A DNA stretch of 64,000 bases. It comes from Cyanophora paradoxa CCMP329. Its lineage: Eukaryota > Plantae > Glaucophyta. Positions 61,390-64,000 of this stretch are shown piece by piece (within the stretch, counting starts at the first letter, position 1; each line of letters begins with the position of its first letter). Made by a program: the position numbers and the translations under genes. The notes below the pieces were generated by a model. That model saw nothing but the letters and a program-made list of their open reading frames with translations. It ran no database searches and was not told the origin of the DNA. The stretch is from NCBI GenBank assembly GCA_004431415.1, contig QPMI01000332.1:1-64000 (forward strand), in the 5' to 3' direction.

Positions 61390-63560
61390 TCAGGTGTGCT
61401 TGCGGCTGCGGATGACCATCGTGGCGAGCAAGAGGCCGAAGGCGTAGCAGATGGGGAGGACGACGAGGGCGAAGCGGTACTCCCGCACCTGCGCCGGCGT
61501 CGGCCGCAGCCCCCTGCGCGGCGGGGCGGGGCCGGCGCACGCCGTAGGTGGGGATGGGCCGGTGGATGTCGCTCAGGTGGCTCCACCGGAGCTTGAGGAG
61601 GAGGCCGATGAGGGGCTGCATGCGGGGCGGCATGGGCGGGCGGGCGGGCGTGGCGCGGGGGCGGTGGTGGACCTGGAGGACGCCGCCGCCCATGACGCAG
61701 AAGAGGTTGTTGAAGGCGAGGGCGGTGCCGATGTGCTCGGGGTCGTTCTTCTCCTCGATGATCGACGCCGCGATCGACGGCGACGTCGCCGCCACTGTTC
61801 CCCGCCCCGCCCCGCTCGCCCCCCGCCGCGCCCCGGGGCGGGGCGGGGCGGGGCGGACCGCCGAAGAGGAAGAGGAAGGGGCAGGCGACGGAGAGGGGCA
61901 GGGCGACGACGTAGACGAGGACGCTGGTGGAGAGGAGCCCGAGGGCCGAGGAGGCGATGAGGAACGGGCGCCGCTTCCCCAGCCGGTCGGAGAGGGCCCC
62001 CAGGCACGGGCTCCCCAGCGCCACCCCGACCCAGACGATGCCGACGTAGCCGGCGGCGACGGGCGTCGCCACGCGGTGCTGCACCGCCAGGAACGGCACC
62101 ATCCACCTCCCCGCGCGAGTCAGCCCGCCCGGCAGGGCGGGGCTCAGCGGGGCGGGGCGCGGCGGGCGCACAGGGCGGCGGCGCCGGCGACGGGCCCCCA
62201 GGAGGTGAAGGTGTGGAGGGCGAGGGCCCAGTTCTGGGGCTCTCGGGTGACCTCCAGGAGGCGGCTGAGCTCCTCGCGCGTGTTGCGCGCCCGCGCCGCC
62301 TCCGCCTGCTGGCCCTCCAGCCGCGCCACGCCGGGCTCCCGCCCCGGGGGGAAGTCGCGGATGAGGAGGGCGAGGGCGAGGGCGAGGAGGAAGCCGGCGC
62401 AGCTGACGGCCATCATCGAGGCGCGCCAGCCGTACGCCGCCACCTGCGGGCCCCGTCGGAGGCGGGCGGCCGTGGGGCGGGGCGGGGGCGCACGGCGAGG
62501 CCGAAGGGCGCCCCCGCGATGATGGCCCCCAGGCTGCAGAAGCACGAGACGATGCCGGCCACCGACGCGAAGTGCTTCTGCGGGAGCCAGCGCGACGCCA
62601 GCACCATCGTCCCCGCTGCCCGCACGTCACACACCGAGCGGCGGGGCCGGGGACGGGCCCCCAGAGGTACGCACTGTAGGAGTGCGCTCCCCCGACCCCG
62701 ATCAGGAGCCTCCCTGTGAGCCGCCGATCATGGGCGCGGGTCGCAGCCCGGCAAGAGCAGGCGGCGAGCAGGCGGCGCACCGAGGCCGATGTGGAAGGGC
62801 GTGTCTGCGATAGCGAAAACAACCCCGCCGATGGTGCAGATCGTGCACATCACGGGCAGTACTTTCCGAGGCCCTGCCGCAGCGACCCGCGTCACGCACG
62901 AGGCCCGCGTCACGCGCGACGGCGATTTAGAGGCCAGCGCTGGCCCGTCGCACCGAAGATGTCTGCCCGCGGTTGGGGGGTTAGTCGCGAAAAGCGAGAA
63001 TACGTCAAAACTAGAAGGTGGCACCGTGGGCGAGCCCGGCGGGGATCTGACAAGCAGCGTAACTAAAGAAAAACTGCGCGAGGGGTGTGAGGGTAGCGGA
63101 AGGGGCGGGGCGGGCAAGACGGACGAAGCCGAGGACGCTCCCGAGGCCAGCGCCGTCAATGTGAAGGTCGGCCATCAGCTCGTTTGTCATGACGCCCTGC
63201 GCACCCCGCCCATGGTAAGTTTAGACAATGAATTGCGCGTACGCGGACGTACGGGGGCAATCTGAACGCGGCGTCGAGGGCGGTGCGAAAGCGCAAAGTG
63301 CGTCATCAGAAGCCGGTCCAGCCGTGCACCAAACGCGGGGGCGGACCTGCAGAATGTACTCGAAGAGGAAGAACATCGCTGCGCGTCAAACATGAGCATG
63401 TTCCTAGAGATGCGGTTCACATGCTCGACGCATGCGCACCGGCCAGCGCGACCGTGCACACCGCACGGAACTCGATATGCTGGATGCGCTCATGCTTGAG
63501 CAGGGGCGTCAGGAGGGGAGAGCGCTCGTCGGCGCTGCAGCTGGGCACGCCGTGCGCCAT
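61390..63560 (-). CDS. MFS transporter, bacterial Pht/MFSD1-like (spliced)
   Basis: MFFLFEYILQ..VMTNELMADL; YAACQIPAG; GRLLIGVG; YGWR; GSPCLGALSDRLGKRRP; GTALAFNN..GGGVLQ|PLIG; N-terminal ERSPLL. Confidence 0.85.
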
Positions 63561-63844
63561 TCAAGCTTGCGTAGTCCTCGGCACTTACGATCAGAATCGG
63601 GGTTGGACTCCTCGTCTGCCCTCTCCAGTGCGCTCCGCCTCTTCCCAAGCGCTGGCTCGCTGATCGTCACGTGCTCACTCACAGCAACTTAGATCGGGCG
63701 GGGCGCCCTGCAGTTGCTTCGGGGCGTCAACTGGCTGGGCGTCGGCACTGTTGGGTTACGCCTCGGAATCACCTACCCCTGAAATCGCAGCTTGTGCACC
63801 AGGCCTCAGCCAGTGACCAGCCTGCCAGCCTCGAACGCTCAGAG

Positions 63845-64000
63845 ATGGCAAGGCAGCGGCAGCGGCGTGGCGCGTCGCCGGTGAGGCCGTCCGAGAAGTC
63901 GAATGCCGCTGGCGAGCCCCCACAGCCGCTGTCAGTGACGAAGCGCATCGCTTTCGGAGCGCTGGCGGGACTCTTGGCCGCGGCGTTGGTGTCGCGCTAC
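63845..64000 (+). CDS. 5' end of a gene with an N-terminal membrane anchor (truncated by window)
   Basis: MARQRQRRG..KRIAFGALAGLLAAALVSRY, open to the window end. Confidence 0.45.
   Translation, partial: MARQRQRRGASPVRPSEKSNAAGEPPQPLSVTKRIAFGALAGLLAAALVSRY

Overview
Eukaryotic, very GC-rich, intron-dense nuclear DNA. It is most likely from a glaucophyte alga such as Cyanophora (inference from an intron-containing plastid-targeted murE, nuclear ccdA, a CatSper4-like channel and Phe-near-start transit peptides). I reconstructed about 20 spliced host genes by hand, mostly in compact head-to-head pairs: a TmcB-like membrane protein (3' part), mitochondrial ATP synthase beta and delta, BolA, a cyanobacterial YaaW-like protein, a TPR+SGNH protein, mTERF, a DNAAF8-like multi-NDK protein, CcdA, MurE, CatSper4-like, F-box/WD40, a TPR-RING-GRF protein, a cNMP-binding protein, dihydrolipoamide dehydrogenase, UAP56, an MFS transporter and several unknowns. 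A complete 4.9-kb Ginger2/TDD-type transposon (109-bp perfect TIRs, ATCGA target duplication) carries an intron-containing integrase plus an overlapping antisense gene. The most striking observation is a recurrent 'XYZ-revcomp-XYZ' 3-nt inverted-triplication signature in non-coding DNA, which can be seen arising in a recent inverted copy of the ATP2/BolA promoter. Other notable points are a transit-peptide exon shared by two unrelated genes, an outsized structured intron in UAP56, and frequent GC-AG introns. Exon boundaries and family assignments come from reading motifs by eye; no searches were run. Most long ORFs in the supplied track are GC artefacts.
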